Assembly: GCF_018977255.1 (NCBI RefSeq)
Contig: NW_024704742.1
Span: 44,642,001-44,706,000, forward strand
Source: Callorhinchus milii
Taxonomy: Eukaryota
Length of the DNA: 64,000 nt
Direction: 5' to 3'
Shown: positions 25,606 to 38,517 of the stretch, piece after piece
Position numbering within the stretch: position 1 is the first letter of the stretch
How the letters are laid out: each line of letters opens with the position of its first letter
Translations under genes and position numbers: made by a program
The notes under the pieces: generated by a model
The model's input: only the letters and a program-made list of their open reading frames with translations
Database searches by the model: none
What the model was told of the DNA's origin: nothing

Positions 25606-26029
25606 AAGATACCATACACCCTACTAGGTTCTCTATGTAAAGCAAGGATTGTTGTTTCTCAGACTTCAGCATTGACAATGGGGTCAGGGAGGAGCCTGCC
25701 TCCTCTATAGTTGATGTGATAAATATCAACTGGATTGCAACTTTGACTCCACCGCAGATGTTAATAATGCATTCATGAAATTCTTACTCAAAGGGGCTAT
25801 AATACTATTCATTTTCACTTGCATATTAATAAGTTTGTCTTCAGATAATATTAAGGAAAACATTACTGAAGGATGGAATTGTTTTCTCTTTATAACCACG
25901 GCAACTTTAATCACTCTAAACAGTGAAGATATTTCCCATATGCTGACCTAAAAGTGTGAAACAACACCAGCTTCATAAAGCAATTCCATACTGCTCCAGT
26001 GGCATTAATATTTCTTGTAACGATCTATC

Positions 26030-26170
26030 CATATTTTGTGCACAAACACACAGTCACTGCACTTTAGAGTGTATCATGAAGTGCTTTGAGATGTCCTCCT
26101 GACATGAGAAGCACTATATCAAATGTAAGGGTTATTATTATTTTTATTACTATTATTATTATCATCATCG

Positions 26171-26204
<34 letters not shown>

Positions 26205-26207
26205 TAT
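26030..26207 (+). repeat. SINE tail whose (ATT)n end turns into an (ATC)n microsatellite
   Basis: GAAGTGCTTTGAGATGTCCTCCTGACATGAG..., then ATT repeats, then a run of ATC units. Confidence 0.85.
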
Positions 26208-27319
26208 TGGCCCTGAATAAAAGTTCTTAATTACTGTATAATCATTCCAAATTATGGGCAGTTTAGCTATACATTTATATCCACTAGGAAAATTGACCAA
26301 ATGCATTTTACTTTATGCCCTTAACAGCTATTAGATACCCATTTATACTACAGCCTCTGTGCAGATTCCATTCGGTTAGAATCAGGATGATCTGAATTCA
26401 ATGAGATTCCCAAGGGTTTGTACTGACACAGCTTTGATTCAGTTCATGTGCCTGCCGGTATTAAATTTACAGCTCAACGCATGCATTGAGCTTTCCTGTT
26501 CTATTGAAAATAGCGAAAAATTTGCATCAGGCCTCACATGATGTGATTTCCTTTGTGGACCAAGGTGAAAAGACGGAAATTACGCCAAACTACAGATGAA
26601 TTAAATAACCTTGTGTGATTCTACTTGAAAATTCAGTGCAGATGCAAATCTGCAGCAGAAATAGAGAAAAGGAGACTTTTAGTACAGATTGAACATTGAT
26701 GAGAATGGAGCTCAGCACAAGATTCTGATCTGGAATAGCTTGGCTTAATGCTACAACAGGTAACCGGGGTGGGGGGTAAAAGTCACATGATGCCTTAACA
26801 TATTCCTTGTGCTAATTAAGACAGGGAATCCCATAAGGAATATTTACATTGGGTAGAGAACTCCCAATGTTTACACTCCCTTTACGATGTTAGCTCTGCA
26901 CTTCCATGACTCTTATCTTATTCCATGACACTTACAATTTGGAGCTTTTGCACTCCAGTTTCAGAGTGGACAGTATGGAGAAAAAAATATTTGTTCAGCC
27001 AGGATGGAGCAACTTCTAAGGACATGGGTAGCTTTAGCATTGGATTAAAGTCGATCTGCCAGCAATTCCCAGTCGTATCTTCTCAGAGTCAGAATAATCC
27101 TGTTTATTCCTTCTCCTGGCTGAAGATAATTTCAAATTGGTTACTGAGCCTCAAAAGGACTGAATAGAGTCCAAATCTTCTGGTCTTTAGTTCAGTGCTC
27201 AACCAACTGAGACACACAAAATGTTTAATTTAATTAATTTAATTTAATTAATTGATGTCACAGATGTGATTGATGGAAATCTGAGGATAGGTCACCCTGG
27301 ACCTCCCTTACACATAATA

Positions 27320-27485
27320 TTATAATAATACTAATCTTTGCATTTTTGGTAAAGCACCTTATCACGTCTTCGAGATATCTCAAATTCTCTACAGAATATG
27401 CTGTAAAGTGAATTGACTGTATTTTGTGGGCGAAACGAGGCAGCCAATTGCACACAGCAGTGTCCCACAAACAGTCATGGATTAA
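27320..27485 (-). mobile_element. SINE 3' half (Deu and tail)
   Basis: GGCAGCCAATTGCACACAGCAGTGTCCCACAAACAGTC. Confidence 0.85.
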
Positions 27486-27652
27486 TCTCAAGCAATAAGT
27501 TGCAAAACAGAATTTGAAGCGGTATTGGACAAGGTCACCTTGGCCCCTCTGTCTGTTGGAGAATGCTTTGTGACATTGAAAGACCTAAAATGTCAGAAAA
27601 TGAATAAAACGTTGGGACACAAATTAGTTTCAAATTAAAACAATATGCTTAC

Positions 27653-27841
27653 CTCCTAGAACACCTCCAACATGTATTTGTGTCAGGGCACTATCTTCCC
27701 TGCAGTGCCACTGACACATATTCACATTCATTGCCAGGATGCTCCCACTGCTGACTTTCCAGTCTTTTTCTGAGCTGAGTTGAAGATTTATAGTAGCTGC
27801 CTCCAATATGTGACCCTGCTGGTCTTCAACTTTCCTGTTGG
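27653..27841 (-). other. Candidate 189-nt exon of an unidentified transcript
   Basis: Acceptor TTCTTTTCAG, donor GAG|GTAAGC, length divisible by 3, one frame fully open (NRKVEDQQGHILEAATINLQ...QIHVGGVLG); no recognisable homology. Confidence 0.25.
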
Positions 27842-27904
27842 CTGAAAAGAAGCCAATTAAACCAACTTCAAGGTATGACGATTTGACCTTACAATGTGTT
27901 GTAA

Positions 27905-28298
27905 GCTGTCAGCCTGGCTCGGTTGGTAGCACTCTCACCTCCGAGTCACAAGCTTGTGGGTTCAAGCCTGAGGGTGCACTGCATTGCTGGAGGTGACATC
28001 CTTCAGATGAAATGATGGACAGTTTCTATCTACCTGTTCAGGTGGATGCTAAATGTCCCATAGGACTATTCAAATGGAGAAGATAGTTCCTCCTAATTTA
28101 CAGGCTAACAATTCCACAGATAAAATTGGTCATTCACTTCATGGCTGATTGTAGAACATTGCTGGAGGCAAATTGGCTACAGTGTTGGTCTATAAATGCA
28201 GGCATTACACTTTATGGTAAAACCTGTGAAGCACTTCAAGACGTTTTTCTGACGTGAAACATGTTATACCAAATGTAAAGATTATTATTATTTATTAT
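27905..28298 (+). mobile_element. Old tRNA/Deu SINE, near full length
   Basis: Head GGCTCGGTTGGTAGCACTCTCACCTCCGAGTCA...GGGTTCAAGC, Deu core, tail with (ATT)n. Confidence 0.85.
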
Positions 28299-29951
28299 TC
28301 CGTTACTGTGGGATCAAGGAGAAAAGATACAAAATTAAGACTAAAGATCTAAAAACTGCAAATAAAGTGTAAAATAGAACTACGAGGAAGAAAAGAGATG
28401 AGGATAAAACAGAAGAAAAGCGTATCAATGAAACTTTTACAACATGCTGTTTTTACTTGAAATCACATTTTGTGCATAGATTTAGCGGTCGATAGTTAAT
28501 ACAGTAATGCATTATTCCTGATGTTTGAGTTGCTTTATTACTGTAAAATTAATATTTTATTCGTCTGATTGAAGACATCATCTTGGAAAAGGTGCTGAAG
28601 TGATTAGCTCTGAGATAGGTGCCTATACAGTCCTTTGGAACTCCTGGATTAATCTTGATAGAAACCTGTACATATTATAATTTATTCAACAGTAGTCGGT
28701 AAAGGTTTACATTTCCAGAAAAAAANTCCTTAATTTGCAAATTCAAATGCTACTATAGGTCAGAATTATATATTTTAACATCTTTGTTTCATCTTCAGGT
28801 TTTGCCATTCTGAAGTTCTGACAACCTGCAATTTTACATTGAGCCCTATGACTCTAAACATGATGAACTGGTACAAAATCTTAGATACAGTCTTGTTTTC
28901 ATGAATAAAACTCATCTTTCCAATTTGGAATAATTTAATTTCAAGCTAGTAAATTGAGTGTCGTGAATTTTGCATTCAGTGTAATGACGCAAATGCAGTA
29001 ACAGCATTAATTTGACAGGATGAGTGTAGCTGGATCTGTTTAAATAGCAGAGAGAGCAGTTAACAGTGTCAGCAGCTGACTGCTTGATTCAAAGGTCTGC
29101 TGATATACCCCCACCCACCCCACCGCCACACACACATACACACACCTATATACAAATGCCATGTTAATTTAGCAGCATAATACTGCAGCTACTGATTACC
29201 AAAGCTACACGGACCATCATTCAGCATCTTAACATATGTACTGAGGGAAGCAATCTAAAAAAATAGACACTGAAGTCTAGTTTCTGATATTTTATCTGCA
29301 CAAAGCCTGCTCCAGCTTAGCTGACAGCCAGCATTCAATAAAGTTTTGTTGGCCCGGTTTATAACTCAAACATCATAGCTATATGATGTTTACAGGTGAA
29401 AGCATAAACTACTGTATAGGTTGGTGCAGTCTACTGGGATCCAGGAAGTGGGTCAGCACATAGCATCATCAGCAGTTTCCATACATATACAAATCCAGCT
29501 GCCTCAGGAAAAAAGATTATGTCTTCAGTGCCATTATACAACAGAGTACAATATTAAATGGCATTTCTTCACTTTATCTTTGACACTGCAGACATTTTTC
29601 AAAAGCTAGGTAATCTCTAGTCTGGTATCCAGAAAGTATTTGAAGACTTCTTTTGCTATTGGGATTACAATGTGCACATTGTACTCTTGCATGCCGTTTA
29701 AATTTTCTCTTTTTTAAAAAAAAACTATAGAAATGTGTATATTGAGGTTCAAATGCTGAGATGCTGTACACTGTCCAGTCCCTTGGGATGTCCTCCCGAC
29801 GTGAAAGAGACTACACAAATGTAATCTTCTTTTTGTTGTATTGGTTTGTTCATACAGAATCTAAAAAACAGGAGAAATTATGAGGAAAAAATTGCAATCC
29901 GAACAAGGTTACTGAGGAACATTCCAGTGAAATCTTGGTGAAGCTTGGACT

Positions 29952-30222
29952 TAATAATAATTATTAGAATTCTTAAATTTGATATAGTACCTTTCATATC
30001 ACGAGAATGCCTCAAAGAGTTTCACAGGTTCTACTGTAAAGTGGAGTGACTAGATAGTTTATAGTTAACTAATATGTGCACAGCCATGTCTCACAAACAG
30101 GCATGAAGTTAATTACTTATTTTATTGAGTGGGGGAAGGAAGGATTGTTAGGACATCATCATGCGATCTGAACAGACAGATGGGACCTTAACAGGCAGAT
30201 GCGTCTCATCTGAAGGACAGAC
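29952..30222 (-). mobile_element. Old Deu SINE fragment
   Basis: Tail and CTGAACAGACAGA...TCTCATCTGAAGGAC blocks. Confidence 0.65.
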
Positions 30223-31724
30223 CATTATCCCATTCAGTAAAAAGATAAGGGTCTTCAAGAGACCTCTTATTGTCCCCTTTTCGTCATCTGTTGAGATTTT
30301 AAGGTCATAAAAAAAGATTAAGGATGCTTTGGCCTACCATAATCCCATAATCCCATTACAGCATTAAACTATTTCTTGAATATCCTGGTAATCTATTTCA
30401 GCTGGTGAAGCTGGTGACTGCCCTCTGTGTACAGAAACATTTCCTGGTGTCTGTCTTACACTTGCCCTTCACAACTGTGAACCCATATTAACTCTGCCAA
30501 AGCATTGACTATGGGAGTTGAATTAAAATTAAATTGAATTAAAATAAGTAATAAAATAATGTTTACATTTGATATAGATTTGATGTGGGTAAAGCAATGT
30601 ATAATGGAATAACAAATGATAAACTACTTTGGCCTGAGAAATTCAGCAAGGCATCCATTGCCTTTGCAAATTCATAAGAACTCCTCTTATTCTTATTCCT
30701 AAAATACTCAGATTGTGTTAAGCCACTATCCCCTGAATATGTTTGGGAATCTGCCCTATTTGTAGGAATCCAAGGTAACAGTCTGGGGCTGGTCAGCTGG
30801 TTTGGGACAATGGCCATATGTAAAAAAAATTCTAACCTTGTTTAATTCTTTTTGAGATTACCAAAACTAGAGTATCAACCAAAAACTAGGAGCTCATGTC
30901 TCAATATGGGGCGTGAAACCACAATCTTCTGATTGAAAGATGCTTCCTAATACGTGAACATAACTGAGTCAATTTAACCTGCCTTGTATTGAGGCAAAGA
31001 TCTGCTTGAGGTCGGTATTAATGATCCGTGAATTTCAATTTTTCACCAGGAAGAGAGTGGTGGGGGAGGGAGTCTTTCCATTATACTGACTAATTGAGGT
31101 CCCACGGTGGGAAACAGTGCTTCAGTCAAAAAGTTGTGGCATCATGCCTCATGTTGAGACATGAGCCCCATATCGATGGCATGAGGTTGCTATTCAAAGA
31201 GCTGGCAGGAATTGTGTATTCAGTTTCTGCGACAGAAAGAACGAGTTTGTAAATTTTGAGAAATAATAGTGCCCCGAATGATGGAAGTGGTGACACCTTT
31301 TAAATTTTCAATGGAACACACAATCAATTTTCATTCACTAAAAGAAAAACAATGGTATTATATATAATTCATTGCTGACTTTGTGTTGTTTTACAAAACA
31401 TTTATATTGTGCCAAATGGTAATCAGATGGGATTTTTGCTGCCATCTGTTTATCACAGTGTGAACCATAAGGACAAAAGGAAATTCAAAAATGCCTGTTC
31501 TAAGAATTCCCCCAAGAAGAATGAAGAATGAAGCCCTATCATAGATACAATGAATTGGTTCCATGTGGTTTAACTCAGCTAACAGCGATCAGATAACAAT
31601 CACCAAGGTAGTCACCAAATATAGTACATTCTCCTCAAATAAACAGTTATAGAGTAACACAAAAAAAAGGTTGTACTGTAATTCCATTAAGTGGCTTTGA
31701 TAATAGGGTGTGATTTCAGCCATC

Positions 31725-32020
31725 ATTTCGCAATAGAGTGGACCTGGGTTCGATTCCCGGGAGGGGTGAAACCTCAGGCAAGTTTCCTCCCGTGCCCATG
31801 GCCACCTCTCCCTTGCACCCTTCTCAGAGTCAGGCTCCACCACTGTTAAGCGCTCCGAGATGCTACCCTGCGTGGAGGGTGCTATATAAGTGCAAGTTGT
31901 TGTTGTTATTTCACACGCCTCTGTTTACCCTTCACATAGGGTACTATCTCAGAGTGCTTCACAGGGACAGAGTTGGACACAGAGAAAGGGAGAGGGAGGA
32001 TGGGGAGAGGGAAGTGGCTG
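31725..32020. mobile_element. Composite: + SINE head/CORE interrupted by a + L2 3' end (about 31792-31908), followed by a - L2 tail
   Basis: GGCAAGTTTCCT | L2 tail | TCACACGCCTCTGTTTACC resumes CORE; then antisense ATCTCAGAGTGCTTCACAG. Confidence 0.75.
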
Positions 32021-32080
32021 TATATATATATATAATATATATATATAATATATATATATATATTATATATATATATATAC
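32020..32080. repeat. Interrupted (TA)n microsatellite
   Basis: Direct reading. Confidence 0.95.
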
Positions 32081-32429
32081 ATGTTCAAAGAAGAAGTATT
32101 TGAAATGTTCTGAGAAAGCAGAAAAGGCCAATTTTGGCCTGTATTGTACCCATGTTAGTGCTTTGTACATTAACAGTTGCCCAGAAAAAAATCACCACTA
32201 CGATTTTTCCTGGTATCTGAACAGAGAGAAAATCATAATTCCAAGGTAATATTACTGAAAAGTTAAAGCATACCAAAAACAGAGAGAACAAAATACAGCA
32301 TAGAAAATCAGGAAAACTAAATTTAAATACATTTTTCAGAAACAAAAGTTGAATTGAAATAAAACAAATGATTGCAGAGGAATGGAAGATTATATTGCAG
32401 AATAAGAATGGTGGGAGGAGGATTAAATA

Positions 32430-32745
32430 CATAAATAATTATTGCAGTTGTAGCAAAAAATGTCATGCCAGTAGGATGTCATGAGTGCTTCACAAGATTT
32501 ACACCAGAGGCGAGTGACTGTGAATTTTGCAGGTAATTTTGCAGGTAATTTTGCACAGCAATGTCCCGCTAACAGGCAAGAAGTAAACAACGAATGTTAT
32601 TTGGGGGATTGTTGGCCAAATAGTGCATTGGGATCTTTAACACGCACCCAAACAGGCAAACAGTGGCTTGTTTGAAGGATGGAGTCTTTGAAACTGCAGC
32701 ACGCACTCCAGCACTGCATTGGAGTGTGAGCCTAAACTATATGGA
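32430..32745 (-). mobile_element. Old Deu SINE fragment with an internal 12-bp triplication
   Basis: AATTTTGCAGGT about 3 times inside the Deu core; GGGATCTTTAAC; CAGCACTGCATTGGAGTGT. Confidence 0.7.
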
Positions 32746-34045
32746 ATCCAATTCCTGTTGTAGGAATTACGGAAATGGAAGATGAAGGGAAACTGGTGAG
32801 GGAGAAAAGCTGCAAAAGAAGGGAATCTTCTGATTTGAAGGTGTAAAAATGGCCCTAAAAATCATATTGATGACACTCTTTGTTCAACTAGGCCTGTCCT
32901 GCTGCTTGATCTTCCTCTGGAGCAATATAGTCTAATTTCAATGCCCTGAAATGATCCATCACTTGGCTCTATCTCTTCCAAAATGGCTCCTAAAGTGCAT
33001 AAGTGTCACTGAATATACAGATAAATAAGTAAACATCCTCTCCCTAGCCACCCCTAAGCACTTTTATTCCCAACCAGCTTTCAGGTAAGCAGTCTAATTT
33101 ACACAAGGACAAGATAAACTACACAGAGGCATCAAATTTCTGCAGAGAAAAAAAACACATAAATATTCTGTACATATCCCATAGCTTCTTTGTTATTTTT
33201 TATTTCTGAAACCTTTCAGAACCACTTACCTTTCGTCATAGTTTACGTAAGCCGGTAATAATTGAAGATAGGCATAAATGAGAGAGGACTGTTCTTCATT
33301 CAATAAACCCACTGATGTTCACCTTGTCGCTTGCTGCCAAAATGGTAACCTTGTCCTCTCGCCTTCTTGTCTGCCCAGACTTATATCTCTGTGATGCTGA
33401 TTCTGGGTTCTCTGCCTGTATCATTAATGCTGCTGCAAGCTATATTCATACCAAGATCTATTGCCTTCCTGCTGAGAGTAACTGCTGCCCTTTAAACAAG
33501 ATTTTTACAGTTCAGGGAACTGTGTCACAGCAGAATAATTCACATGTGAGATAAGGGAAAAGTATGGTTGACACCTGCACCTTGATGCTAAGCAAACAAA
33601 TTTAGATGTCTCTTTCTGATTATTAAATATTTTATGCATTAGAGTTTTCCATATTAAAATGACCTTTATTTCAGAACCACTTAATAACCTGTGTTAAAAA
33701 CTCTCCCACTGCTCCTTCAGTAACAGTGTGTAATTTTTCAAAAGGAGAAAGAGTTACTAGATGATGACAGACTAGATAAATGTACTGCCTTAAATACCTG
33801 GGCTAATTCTTGTGATCAGAAAAGTGATGAACCCTTTAATCACAAATTTTATTTCAGCTTACACAAAGGTTGCATGTATTTAAGCTTCCACTCCAGAATG
33901 CACTGTGCTGGCCTGGAATTGCAGCCAGTCTTAACCTGCAAGACCATTTTGCCTTATAAGAACAACTTGCATTTATTTAGTGCCCCTCACACAGGATAGC
34001 ATCCCAGAGTGCTAAAAAAATATGGAGTGTCTTAAAATGTATGAC

Positions 34046-34163
34046 TGCAGAATTGAGGAAAATTCTTAAATTCAGTCTTAAATTTGAAGCAGTTTCTTTT
34101 TAGGAACTGTGGAAAATCGACTTCTGAATTAAGACAGGATTAAAGGGTTTTCTACAATTGAAG
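34046..34163. mobile_element. Palindromic MITE-like element (second copy at 62166-62276)
   Basis: About 40-bp imperfect inverted arms AATTG.GGAAAA...CAGTCTTAA.TTTGAAG / CTTCTGAATTAAGACAG...TTTTCTACAATT. Confidence 0.55.
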
Positions 34164-35203
34164 ACAAAATAATCTTAACTGGCAAAGATTAGGTAGCATT
34201 CAAGGTATTAACTGTGAGACAAATGTTTTGCTGATCCATGAAAATATTTAGTGAAGGAAACAAAAATCAGATCATATTTCTGGAGAAACAGTGGCGTTTT
34301 GATAACACTCAAATGCAGTGGGTTAATACAATGCCCTTTCATCTCAGAAACCTGGGTTTTCAATCCAGCACAATGGGTTGGAATGCAAATCTTCAGCTGC
34401 TTGTTGTTAAGGTCTTACGTTAAATATGTTTGAAGCTTTTCAAGCTAATTCCTTGTGAGTGTGTTGTCACCGCACAGAACAATGCCTAATTCAGCAAAAA
34501 TGTGCAATCTCACTCAGATATACTAGAAGGGTGGTTGATGTGGTATTTGGTAAATCCAGTGAACTACCAGTAATAAAACACTGTGTATATCATCACGTGG
34601 ATTATATCACAGTTCTATCAATATTTCAGCTGATTCCCAAGCAAAATTTGAATAAGGGACCGCCCTCTTTATTTTATTACTCCGCTCACAGCGCCTTGGG
34701 ATGTCCTCCCGACATGAAAAGCGCTAAAGCAATGTCATTTTGTATTATAACACATAAAGTTGCATTCTACACAAGTAAGTAAAATATAACAGCGAACTCT
34801 CGCGATGAGTAGTCTAGCATGGGAAAATGTGTAAATAAAAATGAATTTATTGTAATTTTAGGCCAGCATTAATTTCTGAAGGTGGCATGGTTTGCAGAAG
34901 ATTAAACTAAACTAACTTAGCCCAAAAAGCTATCTGCAGAATTGACTATTATTCTTATCCATCGGGAAAAGTGAGAGAAAATGCCTTCTTAGTACAGATC
35001 TTCTGATTCTGCTGTCAGCTGCGCAGAATGTGTCCCAATCCTTCAGAAGGAAGTGATAGAAAATCTAAATCAGTGACAAACATAGCGTGAAATGACAAGT
35101 GTTTAAATATTCATTGCATGTGCTATCTATTTAGCTGGTACTTGACAACCGGGTGTAGCATAAAAACTGTGCAGCATGTGTTGATGTAGGTCCTCCTGGT
35201 CAA

Positions 35204-35220
35204 AGCGCCCCCTAGTGGCC
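35204..35220 (-). promoter_or_regulatory. CTCF core motif
   Basis: Minus strand GGCCACTAGGGGGCGCT matches the CTCF consensus (CCASYAGRKGGCRS); CpG retained; lies in non-repeat DNA. Confidence 0.7.
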
Positions 35221-36939
35221 CCGGAGAACACATGCTTACATAGTCACCCTTAACATAGAGTTGCTAAGCTCCTTTCCCTTGGTGTGATGATATATCTGTT
35301 ACTGTATCATGCTGACTCAGTGACATTACTTTCTGAGGTTGAATAAATCATATTGTTATTTGGGCAAAGTAAAGGAAGTTTCTGTCTGTAAATAATTGTT
35401 TAACTGTAACTAACTTGACCTCAGCGTATAGCATTATACCTTTCATGTGGTTGAAATGGGAAAATGTTTCATTTTAACATTCAAGAATACAGAATTTACA
35501 AATTAATTCTAGCAAAAAATATTCAATAGTCAGATATCAAAATATATTGTAACTGGTACATAGAAATGCTGCATTCATTCAGTCAAATTAGTCCATGATG
35601 CTATTCATTCTCCACACAATCCTCCTTCCCCCCCACCCCTCCTGATCCTCTCTCGCATATGCCTTTATTCCTTTCTTTCTCATGCATGAATGAAGTTTCC
35701 TTTTAATTAAGTTGATGCTTCTTGTTTCAACCACAGCTTCCAGTAGACGGTTCCACATTACCACCAACCTCTGCCTAAAGATGTTCCAACTAAACTCCTA
35801 CACTTGAATCTATACACTTGATAATGCATGATGAAGACCATCCTTTATGATACAATTAAGGATTCTGTGATTACTAACAAGATCTGTACAAGACATCAAT
35901 AAGGGCAAATGAAACTCTTGTACACCATAGTATCTTGTGCAGATCTGCTGAATCAGTGAAGGACACTGCAATGCAGACTTGGTTTTAATGAGCTCTCTAT
36001 AAAAAGATGATAAATGTTAAATTATATTACGTTTATCCACTTCAGATCAATGAGAACTTAATCAATTGCAATAAAACAATTTAACTCACGTCTTTTGAGC
36101 AAGACATTAGCTCTCATTTAATTAGTCTAACATCTTCTGTCTTTATTTTTACTGTAATTATAAGCATTTCAGTCTCCCATTATCCTGTGGGGAACACCTC
36201 AATGCAGGGTTTAAAAAAAACTTACCTCTGGCGCAGACTTGATTTGTAGTCGTATGGGAGTGATTTAGCTGAGGGGAAACATTTTCCTGATAGTTCTAGT
36301 CCTTGATTCTGCAATCTTTTTGTAAAACATTAATTTTAACAAAGTCTCTCAGATGCTGTTTAATTACACTTTTTAAAAAATATTTTTAATTCTTGCTGTG
36401 CTGCACTGATAATCGATACATAGATTATTTTAACTAACTTCCTGGCTTGCTTCTTTTAATAGTACCTGCTTATTTGCAGCCGTTATGTGCAGGGCTGCGA
36501 AGTTTTAAATTCTCTATTATACAAAGTAGGCAGTTACAGGAGATAAATAATTGCCATCTGCAGCCAAAGAGTTTTACACTTCAGCTAGACTTTAACAACT
36601 ATTTGCTGAACTTAATTTAGCTGAATGCCTCATTTTATTGCATGAATTTGTCACATTAGTTTTTATGGGGAAGTTTTACAGACCTATGAATATACTGAAA
36701 CAGGCCTCGAAAGAGACTAACAGAAACTGAAGCATTAGTAAAATGTAGGGTAATGGAGACATTTAGGAGCTGGAGGTTTCCGTGGCATTGAAATCCAATA
36801 GAGGTCACAGGTTCAGGTTTATGAAAGGCAGCTTTTGGATAGACAGCAGGAAGTATTTAGTTACAAAGGGTGATAAAGAGCAGGAATCGATTACAAGGCA
36901 AGATGGTTGAGGACGTGAGGCTGGAAGCTCAGTGAACAC

Positions 36940-37412
36940 TGGTCTGCTTCATTCCCCCACTCAACCTACTCCACAATAGGTGGGTGAGCTTTCAGCCATT
37001 TTGCCATGCTCTCTGGAACTCATTAATAATAGTAAAAATTCTTACATTTGATACAGCGACGAACAACTGGGTTTTTACTTTCTGCTAGGTAAACAGAGAG
37101 TTGTGGAAACCTGCCTAACATTTTGCCCTGCCTGGGAAAAAACCCGGGTCCTCTTGCTTGTATGCTCTAAACACAACAATACAGGACTCCGCAAAGCTCT
37201 TGGATAGGTCCATCCCGAAGTCCCTCTTCCTCCCATCTTTAAAGCTCATCTTAAGACCATTTTTTTTTAACCATGCTCTTGTCATGTTCCCCCCTCCCCT
37301 TCCTCAGCTACCCCTATCCCATCTCAGGCTCCTAGTGAACTCTGTGTAGCTACGTTGAGATGACTTCCTGACATGAAAGGTGTGATATAACTGTACAAAT
37401 CATTGTTGTTGC
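36940..37412 (+). mobile_element. Old L2 3' fragment with a nested, internally deleted minus-strand SINE (about 37025-37190)
   Basis: GAGCTTTCAGCCAT...CTCTGGAACTC | SINE tail, CORE, head | CCATCTTTAAAGCTCATCTTAAGACC...CCTGACATGAAAGG tail. Confidence 0.7.
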
Positions 37413-38517
37413 AAGAAAGTAATGTTTGCTTTCTGGAAAGTTGAGGAAATAGTTCAAAGGGCCTTATTTATCCAAACCTGTCTTGCGATTTTGTGACAAG
37501 CTACTTCTTCCCTGTGCTCCTAAGTCGTCCTTGGTGTAAGGAATCGTTTTTTGGTGTGTGTTTTGCTAACTATTCATGTGACATCTGTTAGAATTCTTTG
37601 AAATCCTTGGCTGGCTGAGTTAACATTTTGGTTAATCAAATTATATTCATGAAGAAATTGTTACTTTAACATGAAACCAAAACACCAACTACAATATCAA
37701 ACTCAGCAATGTAGATTTAAAACTTGTATGCTGGTGGTGTAATACACCAATTGATGCACTTATTAGGAGGAGGAGCAGATCCAATTAACTTTAGTCATGC
37801 TGAAAATTGTGACTCTGTATGGCCTACTCTTTTGGACCTTTAATTAATGCTCAATTTTATCTTACACTCCCTTATTATTTTACTGGTGTTAATGGAAAAG
37901 CTTCAACAGCAGTGAAGAGCTAAGACCCACCTTGAGAGGTGCATTTCTAAATGTGGTAACGTTGCTGATGGCAATTATAAGTATTTGCTGACAGTGGTAT
38001 CCCCTACTGTTTTTTCTAGCTGTTGACTCTCTGTACATTCCAACAACATGTTTCACATTTCCTTTGGGGAAGATCTGCAAGCAGAAAATGAAACAACTGT
38101 GGACTAATGAACTGGTAGATGCAATGGTGTTTGACTGTGAAATCTGGTTTATGTTGTCAACAGAGCTAATTCTGAAGCACTTGAGGATAAAGCATCATTG
38201 AGGTGTCTTCTCATTCAAAAGATAGGCACAGACAGAAGAGTGACCACTGAAATAGAGTGCTTAATCCCTTATGCGAAACTCCAGGATAAGTGAAAGGCCA
38301 GAATCTGCCTCTAATGGCAAGGAAGACATGATGAAATTGATGTCATACTTTATAAGAATGTATGATGTGTGCAGGTCATGTGTAACAGCGGAATATTTAC
38401 AAAAGGCTTTTTGTTTGTGTGCTAGTGCTAGTAACTTTCCAGTCAGTTACTTGCTTCAACATAAAGGCTCTAGCCTTAAAAGCAATACAGAGGAGAGCAA
38501 TGAAGCCGATCCACAAC

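Noticed and set aside
26064..26306. Poly-Met/Ile ORF
   Set aside because: It is the translation of an (ATC)n/(ATT)n microsatellite.
28726..28726. Single n base
   Set aside because: Assembly ambiguity, not biological.
37880..38500. Decayed DNA-transposase-like coding-looking sequence
   Set aside because: No diagnostic DDE, SWIM or hAT motif could be identified.
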